The position numbers and the translations under genes are program-made. A stretch of 24,513 nt of DNA from IMG/VR virus record IMGVR_UViG_3300027491_000200, positions 1 through 24,513 of that record. The stretch is one strand, 5' to 3'. Every line of letters begins with the position of its first letter. Position 1 is the first letter of the stretch. The notes below the pieces were generated by a model. It saw only the letters and a program-made list of their open reading frames with translations. It made no database searches and was not told where the DNA came from. This document shows positions 1-8,157 of this stretch, piece after piece. The DNA comes from a virus (taxonomy: Duplodnaviria > Caudoviricetes).

Positions 1-133
1 AGCGATCCCGTCTTTGAAGGAACGACTTCTGTGTAGCAGAAGTTCTGAAGTTGTACTTTAGAGCATCGTATGATTCGGACTCAAAGTGCAGCTTCAATGC
101 AGTATATATCTGATATGCCTCCCAGGGCTGCAT
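1..133 (-). CDS. 59: T4-like helicase loader gp59, 5' part (runs off window)
   Basis: Manual translation from ATG at 133: MQPWEAYQIYTALKLHFESESYDALKYNFRTSATQKSFLQRRDR. It matches the gp59 N-terminal pattern (Y..Y.ALK.HF...YD..KY..........F..R.D) and lies two small ORFs downstream of gp33, the same order as in T4. The start overlaps the TGA of the previous ORF. Confidence 0.9.
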   Translation of the reverse strand, partial: MQPWEAYQIYTALKLHFESESYDALKYNFRTSATQKSFLQRRDR

Positions 134-390
134 CAGTCGTCATTCCGATTCAGTCGGTGTGCTGTCCAGATCAAGTTTGTGTAGCCATCCTCTTCTTTCT
201 TGAATCCTATGAGCGACCTTAGTCGATCAATGAATCCATCAGAGGTATGACAAAGCACTCCGTAGTTCTGCAGCTCATCGTACTGTTCTTGAGTGATTAC
301 TCCATTTGCGTGGGCAGAATTCAAGAATGCAGTAACTGCACACTGACCGTTTTTCTGTATGTCATTCTGGCCTAGGCTGTAGATCTTCAT
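133..390 (-). CDS. hypothetical protein (85 aa)
   Basis: ORF packed between neighbours, with a TGATG overlap with gp59. Confidence 0.7.
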   Translation of the reverse strand: MKIYSLGQNDIQKNGQCAVTAFLNSAHANGVITQEQYDELQNYGVLCHTSDGFIDRLRSLIGFKKEEDGYTNLIWTAHRLNRNDD

Positions 391-391
391 C

Positions 392-634
392 TTAGCGGAA
401 GCGACGAATCAGTGCGCTGCGACGATACTTGATGCCATTATGCTTACGACCATTACCAAACGCGCCTTTCGTCACAGCAGGATGACGGCCAAGCTTGATG
501 CGGCGAATCCCAGTAGTTGCAGGCGTATAAGCGGTTAACGTGCCATCCGGATTAGCGGTGATAGAACCGGGCATCGGATCTACGGGTTGCGAATAGCCAG
601 AGGTAGGTACTTCAGTGTTGGTATTATTGCTCAT
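392..634 (-). CDS. hypothetical protein with basic C-terminus (80 aa)
   Basis: ORF with ATGA overlap with the gp33 stop; Arg/Lys-rich C-terminal half. Confidence 0.65.
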   Translation of the reverse strand: MSNNTNTEVPTSGYSQPVDPMPGSITANPDGTLTAYTPATTGIRRIKLGRHPAVTKGAFGNGRKHNGIKYRRSALIRRFR

Positions 635-861
635 AAAAAGTTGTTCAGCGAATTAGACTTAGGAAGAAGATTAGATGCCATACCCTCAGCTTCAATCTTA
701 GCTTTAATCGACGGCACGATCAGCTTACCAATATCAGCAGGATCGATCTGATGCTCATTGCAGATATGCAGCACCGCCTCGATATAAGTCATCTTCTCAA
801 CTTTAACAAGTTCTTCTACTCGTTGAGTTAATGTAGTTTTAGTTAAGATGTTATCTAACAT
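631..861 (-). CDS. 33: late promoter transcription coactivator gp33
   Basis: VEELVKVEKMTYIEAVLHICNEHQIDPADIGKLIVPSIKAKIEAEGMASNLL is the gp33 signature. ATG at 861 is preferred over TTG at 876. Confidence 0.9.
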   Translation of the reverse strand: MLDNILTKTTLTQRVEELVKVEKMTYIEAVLHICNEHQIDPADIGKLIVPSIKAKIEAEGMASNLLPKSNSLNNFL

Positions 862-882
862 TAGTTGTGATTCCAAGATGAT

Positions 883-911
883 ATAATACAGCTTTGATTA
901 AATCTTGTAAA
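883..911 (-). promoter_or_regulatory. sigma70-type promoter upstream of gp33
   Basis: TTTACA (911-906), 17-nt spacer, TATTAT (888-883). Confidence 0.7.
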
Positions 912-929
912 GGATAAAGCTATTAGCTA

Positions 930-2120
930 TTAATCTTTCTTATCAAATACTCGCAATAGCACTACGTCCTCATTGATTCGTACCTTGGGTTTGCCTTCCT
1001 TAGTAGTCAGCTTATCCCAGGCCTTTTCAATCTGCTTAGCGGTATTATTCAGCACAACCTCCAGGAATTCGTTGGGTTTGCGCAGACGAGTACAACGACT
1101 ATTGGTTTCATCGACGTTCTTAAGAGAGGTACCCTTGATCGAGAAACCTTCTGCCGACTGAGCAACATAGTCAAGCAGCATACGCTTCTTGGTATTGAAT
1201 GCTAGCAAACGATATGCACCAACAACTCGTGTCGGATTAATCGATGCAATCTTATACTCGGTATCTTCCTTACGATACTTGAGCTTAGTAATCTGCTTGT
1301 CTGCTGACTTGGTGCGCTTCTTGCGAGGTGCACGAGTCGCTTTTGCAGCATGGCAGTAACGGTTCAAATCAGCGAGCATCTGCTCTGTTGCATCGATTCG
1401 ATCACGCAGCTCAGGACCTGTCAGATAGCGATAGCCTTCAACCAGATCAGGATCGGTCTTGTCACGCGCAGCAACCATTTCATCGCGCTGACGAGTCAGC
1501 CAGCGTTCAACCAGCGGGCAAGCTAGGGAGGATAGATCGTGTCCGTTCATCGTCTCATATAGATCAATGCGTCGCACCTTCTGACCCTTGGTTCGTATCC
1601 AGTCATCAAGCAAAACATCAAGATCCATGATGACTGTGCGCTTGGCTTTAGCCTGTAGCAAAACCATCGGCGAAACAGCTGGCGCAGTGTCTATTGCCAC
1701 AGTATCTGGCTGCTTTGCACGCTTACCTTCTGCAATGGCCTTGACCAGTGCATCAGAGACAAACGCTGCATCAGAAGGCTGATCCTTTTCAAGTTCAGGA
1801 TGCAGCTGCGGCATACCTCGGTTCATGCAGATGCACAGCGTGCCGGCAGTAATACCCGGTAGATAGTCGGGCGCAGCTTTTACTGCAGCAATGTCATCCT
1901 TCGGGTAGCCATTGCGCTCCATCCACTCAAAGACAGCACCTTTCGTCTGCACTGCATCGAGATAGTAGTTGTAGAAATTGAATGCACGAGAACGTTCTTT
2001 CTTGAACTTCTCCAGATCCCAACGCTCCCAACCATCCCAGACAGGCTCATCGCCCGTATACCGAGTATCGATAGCGCGGATCTTGTAGCTTGTGTTCGGA
2101 ACTTTTGCTTTGCGCGCCAT
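930..2120 (-). CDS. conserved hypothetical protein of T4-like myoviruses (396 aa)
   Basis: Long ORF with the pattern GDEP.W...FN(F/W)YNY ...EGY... SINP..(I/V)VGA..L..FNTK.R.L ...KGT(S/T)L ... LRKP ... RINE..(I/V)LLRV that I recall from aquatic T4-like phages; function unknown. Confidence 0.75.
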   Translation of the reverse strand: MARKAKVPNTSYKIRAIDTRYTGDEPVWDGWERWDLEKFKKERSRAFNFYNYYLDAVQTKGAVFEWMERNGYPKDDIAAVKAAPDYLPGITAGTLCICMNRGMPQLHPELEKDQPSDAAFVSDALVKAIAEGKRAKQPDTVAIDTAPAVSPMVLLQAKAKRTVIMDLDVLLDDWIRTKGQKVRRIDLYETMNGHDLSSLACPLVERWLTRQRDEMVAARDKTDPDLVEGYRYLTGPELRDRIDATEQMLADLNRYCHAAKATRAPRKKRTKSADKQITKLKYRKEDTEYKIASINPTRVVGAYRLLAFNTKKRMLLDYVAQSAEGFSIKGTSLKNVDETNSRCTRLRKPNEFLEVVLNNTAKQIEKAWDKLTTKEGKPKVRINEDVVLLRVFDKKD

Positions 2121-2121
2121 A

Positions 2122-2412
2122 TTAGATCAGGTTCAGATTTACCTCAAGCGGCGCGGGTGTGTAACCTGTGACTGAATCGACGCGAAACGAGCGCCAGCCA
2201 TCTGAATCAAGATCGTAGACGCGAATGACATCCAGATTCTCCTTGAGTTGCTTTGTGCCCTTGGGATGCTTGTCCTCTGGTACGAGAATGTCGTTGAGCG
2301 TGCAGCGCATATCTCGCTTGGTTCCATCAACCTTAGTGAATGTCACAACAACCGGATCTCCGGCGCGAAGAACTTCGAGCAGCTGCTCGCGAGTGTATTT
2401 AGTCTTAGTCAT
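2122..2412 (-). CDS. SH3/WYL_2-like (DUF2693-like) small protein
   Basis: V.VTFTK.DGT.R.M.CTL ... VYDLD..GWRSFR.D motif typical of this T4-like phage family. Confidence 0.75.
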   Translation of the reverse strand: MTKTKYTREQLLEVLRAGDPVVVTFTKVDGTKRDMRCTLNDILVPEDKHPKGTKQLKENLDVIRVYDLDSDGWRSFRVDSVTGYTPAPLEVNLNLI

Positions 2413-2419
2413 AGTGTAG

Positions 2420-2448
2420 ATCCTGCCATAAACGGCACGGAATGTAAA
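2420..2448 (-). promoter_or_regulatory. sigma70-type promoter, leaderless
   Basis: TTTACA-17 nt-CAGGAT; predicted +1 near 2413, adjacent to the ATG at 2412. Confidence 0.55.
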
Positions 2449-2450
2449 TC

Positions 2451-2593
2451 AAAAAGTTCTGTCAAATGAGCCTACCTCAATCTGAGTTGAAGTATCTTTT
2501 TTATGTTAACTAGGCCAACAGTGTCATCTTGTGAACGAAGGCCGAAACGTATATCTTGATCTACTTACTAGAAGTAGGCTCATTTCACAGAAC
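2451..2593 (-). ncRNA. candidate late small RNA (~140 nt) with 20-bp closing stem
   Basis: Arms 2456-2475 and 2574-2593 are complementary (19/20) and followed by T5 on the minus strand. AATAAATA (2606-2599) lies 5 nt upstream. No convincing ORF. Confidence 0.5.
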
Positions 2594-2617
2594 AAAGGTA
2601 TTTATTCTAGCGAGTTT

Positions 2618-3046
2618 TTAGAGGGCTTTAGCGACCTTGTTCCAGTACGCCTCGAGGTTGCGCTGTTTCGCATCACCGAGAGGGGCGCTAGCTCGCTTCC
2701 ATGCGCCCGCTCCGCCGTTCCAGATGAACGCCAACTCCTTGTTGGTCGCATCACGGCCGGTCGTTTTGCTAATGTGTTTAGAGTAATGACTTAGCACAAT
2801 CTCAGCAACAGCGCGTGCCTTAGTAGGGTCGAACATCTCACGATGCGTAAAGTGCTTACCAGACAGGCGGTTAGCCTCGGCGACAGTAATCGCATGGATT
2901 TGCAGGATACCAAACGCCTTGCCAGAGTCGCCCACTGCATTCGCTTTGCCATTCGACTCGACGCGGATCAATGCATCAATCAGACGCGACTGGTCGGCAG
3001 CAGCCGCGGCGGACGTCAGAGCAAGAAGCGCAAGTATCATTTTCAT
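2618..3046 (-). CDS. secreted lysozyme-fold muramidase / lytic transglycosylase
   Basis: Signal peptide (MKMILALLALTSAAAAA), catalytic motif ALIRVESNG, G(I)LQI and WNGG motifs of the SLT/GH23/destabilase-like family. Confidence 0.8.
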   Translation of the reverse strand: MKMILALLALTSAAAAADQSRLIDALIRVESNGKANAVGDSGKAFGILQIHAITVAEANRLSGKHFTHREMFDPTKARAVAEIVLSHYSKHISKTTGRDATNKELAFIWNGGAGAWKRASAPLGDAKQRNLEAYWNKVAKAL

Positions 3047-3052
3047 AAGACT

Positions 3053-3120
3053 ATACTACACACCCTGAGCTAAAAGTAAAGCTATTTGAATTGCGTAACC
3101 CGTTGATAGCCAACGGGCAC
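3053..3120 (-). promoter_or_regulatory. leaderless promoter with upstream palindromic box
   Basis: CTTTAC (3081-3076)-17-TAGTAT (3058-3053) with TGTG extension; predicted +1 = A of ATG 3046. Box TAACCCGTTG-ATAGC-CAACGGGCAC at 3096-3120. Confidence 0.7.
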
Positions 3121-3150
3121 GCTAGATTGTTCTAACCCGTTGGTTAGCAA

Positions 3151-3441
3151 TTAGTTGCACCAGTAGGCCTCATCGCCCACCGAGCAGCCGTACGGAGTAG
3201 CAACGTCTTCCTTGACGAGAGCGCCGTTCATTGCGCTACGCACGTAGTGGTAATCACTTGCGTTCTTGCCAGCCTTGAGACGGTCACGAAGACGCTTGGA
3301 GAGGTCGGAAATCTTGACAGTGACCTTCTTGTCGTCATTCTTCGCACGACGCGGCACGAGTACAAGCTCCACGCCATTGTTTCGCGTGATCCGATAGCGG
3401 ACACCGTTGTACTTGACAGTCTTCAGTTCGTTTTTCATCAT
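3151..3441 (-). CDS. hypothetical early protein (96 aa)
   Basis: ORF with its own promoter; C-terminal TPYGCSVGDEAYWCN. Confidence 0.75.
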   Translation of the reverse strand: MMKNELKTVKYNGVRYRITRNNGVELVLVPRRAKNDDKKVTVKISDLSKRLRDRLKAGKNASDYHYVRSAMNGALVKEDVATPYGCSVGDEAYWCN

Positions 3442-3478
3442 GGCAATATCCTACACAAATGGCTCAAAAAGTACAGGA
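3434..3478. repeat. 45-bp exact direct repeat, copy 1 (start codon plus promoter)
   Basis: ttcatcatggcaatatcctacacaaatggctcaaaaagtacagga, identical to 3749-3793. On the minus strand it reads CTGTAC-17-TAGGAT-6 nt-ATG. Confidence 0.9.
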
Positions 3479-3504
3479 CAGAAAAGTTTGTAACCCGTTG
3501 ATGC

Positions 3505-3756
3505 TCAGTACGACATCTCCCAGCGGTTAAAACTGCCACAAGTAACACAAGATTCATAGAGTTCCGACCATGTTTTCTCAGTGGTCGGCAGAATCGTAGA
3601 AGCAATGGTGTGACCAATGCGGTTTTGAGTCGTGGCAATCACTTGCCGTTCGCGCGGCAAAAACCTGAGCGCAGTACGCTCATCACCAGCCCATGACTTA
3701 GAAACGAACATAGTGACGACATTGGTACGAGCGGCGAGTTGCTTAGCATTCATCAT
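3505..3756 (-). CDS. hypothetical early protein (83 aa)
   Basis: ORF between two promoter repeats; the stop codon lies inside the palindromic box. Confidence 0.7.
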   Translation of the reverse strand: MMNAKQLAARTNVVTMFVSKSWAGDERTALRFLPRERQVIATTQNRIGHTIASTILPTTEKTWSELYESCVTCGSFNRWEMSY

Positions 3757-3793
3757 GGCAATATCCTACACAAATGGCTCAAAAAGTACAGGA
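3749..3793. repeat. 45-bp exact direct repeat, copy 2 (start codon plus promoter)
   Basis: Identical to 3434-3478. Confidence 0.9.
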
Positions 3794-3819
3794 AAGAAAG
3801 TTACGTAAGTAACTGACTA

Positions 3820-4074
3820 TCAGTCATTCACTATAGTAATGCGAGTGCCATCGAAAAGATTGTCGGTATAGCACTTGAATTCGCCGTCCCACCCGTCTTC
3901 GTACCCAGGCGCGTTGGTATCGATCTCGTAGAAACGAGTTTGCCCAGTACGAATGGAAGTAATGGCAAACCGGCTGATGTTCTCATGGCGATTGCTGAGC
4001 AAATCGCTGATATCGGCGACGCCATGCGTGCCTTTCCAGGTGAATTGATCCGAGGTAAAGTAGTGCAGTTTCAT
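3820..4074 (-). CDS. hypothetical early protein (84 aa)
   Basis: ATG at 4074 is within 1 nt of the predicted +1 of the promoter CTGTAC (4110-4105)-17-TAGTGT (4087-4082); stop inside the box at 3820-3822. Confidence 0.7.
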   Translation of the reverse strand: MKLHYFTSDQFTWKGTHGVADISDLLSNRHENISRFAITSIRTGQTRFYEIDTNAPGYEDGWDGEFKCYTDNLFDGTRITIVND

Positions 4075-4137
4075 TATCACTACACTACATACCTTGAGCT
4101 AAAAGTACAGGACAGAAAGTTACGTAAGTCGTTGGTA

Positions 4138-6180
4138 TTACTTAGATGTCGCTCTATAGACGCCATCCCACTGTTCGCCTGGGTCATTGTCGCGCAGATA
4201 CTCGATTCGCTCGGTCATCATCTCGTAGTATCCAGCTATGAAATTCATGTTAGATGCGAGCATCTTGGCCTGCGCGGTGGCTTTCTTCCACTCGCGTGCT
4301 CGGTAAAGTGATAGAAAAAGCTCGTGCTCGGCAAGCATAAGATTAGTACCCTTGTCAAAGACTGTGTAGATCTTCACACCTTCTTTCTTGCCTTTGACCG
4401 CAATGCAATCAAGCTCGAGTGTAGGAAAGACATCTTTCACACGCTCGCGCGTGAGAGGTCCTAGCACGATTTTGACACCGTACGGTTTTGACTGACCCTC
4501 GAGGCGTGATGCAAGATTGACATGGTCGCCCAGACAGGTGTAGTCGAACCGCTGCTCAGATCCCATATTGCCCACGACTACAGTACCGGTATTGATACCT
4601 AATCCCATGCCGAAAGCAGGGACACCTTCCTTCGCAATTTCCTCATTGAATGCCTTTAGACTACCCATCATCTCAAGTCCTGTCTCGACAGCATGGATGG
4701 CATGAGAACTGTCATCGAGCGGAGCATTCCAGAATGCCATCTGAGCATCTCCAATGTACTTGTCAAGCGTGCCTTTCTTTTCGATAATCGAGCGCGTCAT
4801 TGCAGTCATGTAGCGATTCATAATCTGCGTCAGACCCTGCACGTTCTTTCCGTAATGCTCAGAGATCGCTGTGAATCCGCGAACGTCAGTAAACATAATC
4901 GATAACTCGCGTTCCTCACCACCCAGCTTAAGTGCATCGGGATTCTTTTGTAGCTGTGCGACTTGATCGGGTGAAAGGTATGTCTCGAACTGCTTTTTGA
5001 TCTGCTGTTTTAACTTGAATTCCATCACGAAGCGCATGAATAGCGCAGATCCCCAGCTTGCGATCAGCGCGCCCACCGCCCAGGTATAGTCAGCGAGCAT
5101 GCCCAGATGAAATAGATAGAATCCTGTACCGATTGGTAGCGCAGCAAGCACGACAAAAATCAGACCTGCGATACCATATCCCAGGTAACAGATCGTCACC
5201 ACTGCAATTGCTGCAACCAGCAGACCAGCGCCCAGCTCATACAGATCAAATTCCGCAGGACGCTCGAGACGTGCTTCATCGATCAGCATTTGCAACGCCT
5301 GCAGATTAACTTCATATCCATAACTTGTTCCAAGAGGAGTAGCAACAGTATTAGCTAACCCTTCTGCTGTCGGCGCGATAACGACAATCTTTCCTTTTAT
5401 CGCTGACCAATCTTTTGCAGTGTATGCTACTGATGGAAAGGTATACTTGAAATTGAGCCAGACTCGTGCATTCGCATCGGTTTTGATTGGCGGAATACCA
5501 GCAACTCGAATTGCTGAAATACCAGCCTCAGATACTTTAGCTTGATTACTTGCCTCACCGCCAAAGACACGCAAAACCTCAAGTGGTAGAGTAGGATATT
5601 TCTCACCTTTGACCTGAATGATCAGCGGCAAGCGACGTACTACACCATCAAGCTCAGGTGCTGTTAGCAGCATGCCCACACCTGCAGCTGATTTACCAAT
5701 GTCACTGACTGGTCCTATTGCCGCTGGATAATCGAACAGCCAATCTTCAGCACCACCACCGATTGTTGCAAGGCCGCGGGGCACTGGCTCACCTTTGCCT
5801 TTTTGTGCTGCAGATTGTGCGATGATGACTGGTGCCTTGCCGAGTTGTTCAACAAATGCAGCATCTCCGCCCAGACGATCTGGCTCTGCAAAAATGATTG
5901 GCAGCACAACAGCTGACGCGCCTTCGTCAAATGCACGCTGCATACCTGCGGCAAGAACATCGCGCTTCCAGGGCCATTGACCATTTGTTTCTAGCGCGTC
6001 TTCGTCGATCTCAATAACTGCGATGTTTTCTGCCGTGCGTTTTTCCTGTACTCGCTGGTAGTAATCTAAACCTTTTAAGCGTAATACCTCGATAGGATAT
6101 GGGTCCCAGATACGCAGCACAATTGCTGCAACGAGCACACTAAAGCCAACTACAAGTGTTTTGAGAGTATGTTTCTTCAT
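4138..6180 (-). CDS. CHASE2-domain class III adenylate cyclase (membrane-bound)
   Basis: N-terminal TM; CHASE2 motifs (IDE..L...GQWPW.R, DGVVRR.PL); three TMs; intact cyclase motifs FTDVRGFT, DKYIGDA, GINTG.VVVGNMGS..RFDYT.LGD.VNLASRLE. The K/T pair indicates ATP specificity. Confidence 0.95.
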   Translation of the reverse strand: MKKHTLKTLVVGFSVLVAAIVLRIWDPYPIEVLRLKGLDYYQRVQEKRTAENIAVIEIDEDALETNGQWPWKRDVLAAGMQRAFDEGASAVVLPIIFAEPDRLGGDAAFVEQLGKAPVIIAQSAAQKGKGEPVPRGLATIGGGAEDWLFDYPAAIGPVSDIGKSAAGVGMLLTAPELDGVVRRLPLIIQVKGEKYPTLPLEVLRVFGGEASNQAKVSEAGISAIRVAGIPPIKTDANARVWLNFKYTFPSVAYTAKDWSAIKGKIVVIAPTAEGLANTVATPLGTSYGYEVNLQALQMLIDEARLERPAEFDLYELGAGLLVAAIAVVTICYLGYGIAGLIFVVLAALPIGTGFYLFHLGMLADYTWAVGALIASWGSALFMRFVMEFKLKQQIKKQFETYLSPDQVAQLQKNPDALKLGGEERELSIMFTDVRGFTAISEHYGKNVQGLTQIMNRYMTAMTRSIIEKKGTLDKYIGDAQMAFWNAPLDDSSHAIHAVETGLEMMGSLKAFNEEIAKEGVPAFGMGLGINTGTVVVGNMGSEQRFDYTCLGDHVNLASRLEGQSKPYGVKIVLGPLTRERVKDVFPTLELDCIAVKGKKEGVKIYTVFDKGTNLMLAEHELFLSLYRAREWKKATAQAKMLASNMNFIAGYYEMMTERIEYLRDNDPGEQWDGVYRATSK

Positions 6181-7331
6181 TTCTTTTGTATTACCTTCAC
6201 AGATGATTTATCACCAAAGTTTAGCGGGTATGTCTTTGTACCTGCTGCTGTCGTGACCTCAACAGTCAAACTAGCATTTGCTTTCGTGGTGTAGTACAGG
6301 ATCTGCCCACTATTATCAAGTGACAGCACTGCATTCACTCCGTCGGTGGACCATCCAGGATTTGTGGTCATACTTACTAGAACAGGAACAACCGGCGGCG
6401 CGGGTGTAGCTGGCGCCACAACCTTTTCGATTGCCTGCGCAGCTGCTTGTAGCACCGCTGGTTGTATAGCAGCTAGGTCTAGCTTAACCTCAACAGGAGG
6501 TGTTTCTTCTGTCTTAGCCACTGTTTCAGCAGCTGGTGGCGTATCGACCTGAGAAACCGCAGTCTTATTACTTTCAGACTTTGTATTTGTGCCTTTTTTT
6601 GGCTTGTTGTCTTCTTCATTGCTCGATTGAGTTTGCTTTTCTTTCTTTTGCTCTTTAACGGCCTGCGTCACCTGACGCGGCGTCTCGACGATGAGCATAT
6701 TATTGATTTTAGATTCGTCCTGAAAGTCTAATACTACTGGTGTAGTAGGTGCTATGCTAGAGGATGCCACGAACGTTGCTTGGTATGCCTGATTTAGTAA
6801 TACCGTGCCTGATAAATTTGACACAGATATCTCTCCTACTATAGGAGGCAATCCCGACTTGAGCGGTACTGACGGTAACAGCACAATCAAGCTTTTTCCG
6901 TCCTCTGATACTGTCATTGAAAAGTCGGTACCACGCACTGATACCTTTGCAGTGGGTGTCTGCACCTTGACATTCTCGCGGCTATTCTTTGCAATAGCTC
7001 CGGATGCATATCTGACAGTGCCAAATGCTGCCTTGACCGACAGAGATCCCTTTCCGCTCTTTGGATCGTAGACGAACTCATCGATCTTGAGCTTTGAGAA
7101 TTCTGTCACCTGCATCTTGGTATTATCCTCAAAGGTAATCGACACTCTGGCCTTGAGTGTTTCCACGGAGTCATTCATCTCGACTCCAACCTGCGCCTTG
7201 CCCTCGATCTTTTCTTTACCCCGAACAATCTGCGTGGGTCCAGTTACTTCCATCATCTTGCCCACGAAAGCATTCGCAGACGAAACAGCCGCTAAAGCCA
7301 GAGCGATAGCGGCTGTCCGTGCGAACTCCAT
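6177..7331 (-). CDS. secreted FecR-domain protein with Pro/Ala/Lys-rich linker and C-terminal beta domain
   Basis: Signal peptide; FecR motifs D.VET......I.F.D.T, G.VRYASG.IAK, V.TPTA.V.VRGTDF. Confidence 0.9.
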   Translation of the reverse strand: MEFARTAAIALALAAVSSANAFVGKMMEVTGPTQIVRGKEKIEGKAQVGVEMNDSVETLKARVSITFEDNTKMQVTEFSKLKIDEFVYDPKSGKGSLSVKAAFGTVRYASGAIAKNSRENVKVQTPTAKVSVRGTDFSMTVSEDGKSLIVLLPSVPLKSGLPPIVGEISVSNLSGTVLLNQAYQATFVASSSIAPTTPVVLDFQDESKINNMLIVETPRQVTQAVKEQKKEKQTQSSNEEDNKPKKGTNTKSESNKTAVSQVDTPPAAETVAKTEETPPVEVKLDLAAIQPAVLQAAAQAIEKVVAPATPAPPVVPVLVSMTTNPGWSTDGVNAVLSLDNSGQILYYTTKANASLTVEVTTAAGTKTYPLNFGDKSSVKVIQKK

Positions 7332-7347
7332 GATGTATTAGACTAAC

Positions 7348-8157
7348 TCAATTTCCTGGCGGAGTAATCGAATTTGTCGTCTGCGATGGTCCGGTAGGAC
7401 CGTTCGTTCCAGTCGTTGTCATCACTGGAGCATAACCAGCAGTTGTCTGCACGATCTGAACGTTATTTGTAGAACCTGTCAGAGTATAGTTCAATGTCTG
7501 CTTTTCAAGTCCTGCTTGGTAGATCGTCAGGTTATTTGAAGATCCGGTAAGCACAACGGTTTGTTCGTGACCAGTTTTTGCAGCAGCGCCACCTGGGTTT
7601 CCGATTTGAGTGGACTTGATATTATTGGAGTCACCAGTGATCGAGTAGTCCAAGTAGTTGTATTTACCTGAACTAATTCCAAAGCGAAGGTCGTTGGAAT
7701 TACCTTGAACGTTGAAGATAAGGTCCGAATTGGTGAAGGTAGCCTTAGTGGTATCACTATTCGATGTGTGATCCACCGAGGTATCTCCATTGAGTAAGAA
7801 CTTGTTTGAGTTTCCATTCAGCAGTATGTTTGCGTTATTGCTGGCGCCGCTGAAGTAATACTGTTGAGTATTGCTGTTGCCAGTAGCAACTGTCAGTAAT
7901 TTCAGATTATTGGCGCTAGCAATGGAGAACTTCGTGTCGTTGCTATTGCCGATCTGGCGCATCTCGAACACGATGTTATCTCCTGTGATGTCACTTTGGG
8001 CCGCAGCCGAAGTGCCGATTTTGTTCAGGCTTCCGACCTGAACGAGAGTGGTGTTGCCACCCGTGGTTATCTGATTTATGTATATCTGATTCTGAGCCAG
8101 CGCAGTTGTCGCAGCTGAAAGCAGAAGCAGTGTGAGTGCTACGACTGAGGTCTTCAT
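7348..8157 (-). CDS. curlin-like secreted repeat protein (CsgA/CsgB-like)
   Basis: Signal peptide; ~22-24-aa repeats with Q/T-x-G-x-x-N (QVGSLN, QIGNSN, TGNSN, NGNSN, QGNSN, TGDSN, TGSSN, TGSTN); N/T/G/S-rich; directly downstream of csgG. Confidence 0.7.
   Translation of the reverse strand: MKTSVVALTLLLLSAATTALAQNQIYINQITTGGNTTLVQVGSLNKIGTSAAAQSDITGDNIVFEMRQIGNSNDTKFSIASANNLKLLTVATGNSNTQQYYFSGASNNANILLNGNSNKFLLNGDTSVDHTSNSDTTKATFTNSDLIFNVQGNSNDLRFGISSGKYNYLDYSITGDSNNIKSTQIGNPGGAAAKTGHEQTVVLTGSSNNLTIYQAGLEKQTLNYTLTGSTNNVQIVQTTAGYAPVMTTTGTNGPTGPSQTTNSITPPGN

Noticed and set aside
3096-3120. Box as a CRP or FNR site
   Set aside because: It does not match TGTGA-N6-TCACA or TTGAT-N4-ATCAA; only the position is CRP-like.
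3046-4149. Repeats as a CRISPR array or integron attC sites
   Set aside because: The intervals are ~300-400 nt and protein-coding, the repeats are promoters, no cas or intI gene is in the window, and there is no RYYYAAC...GTTRRRY long hairpin.
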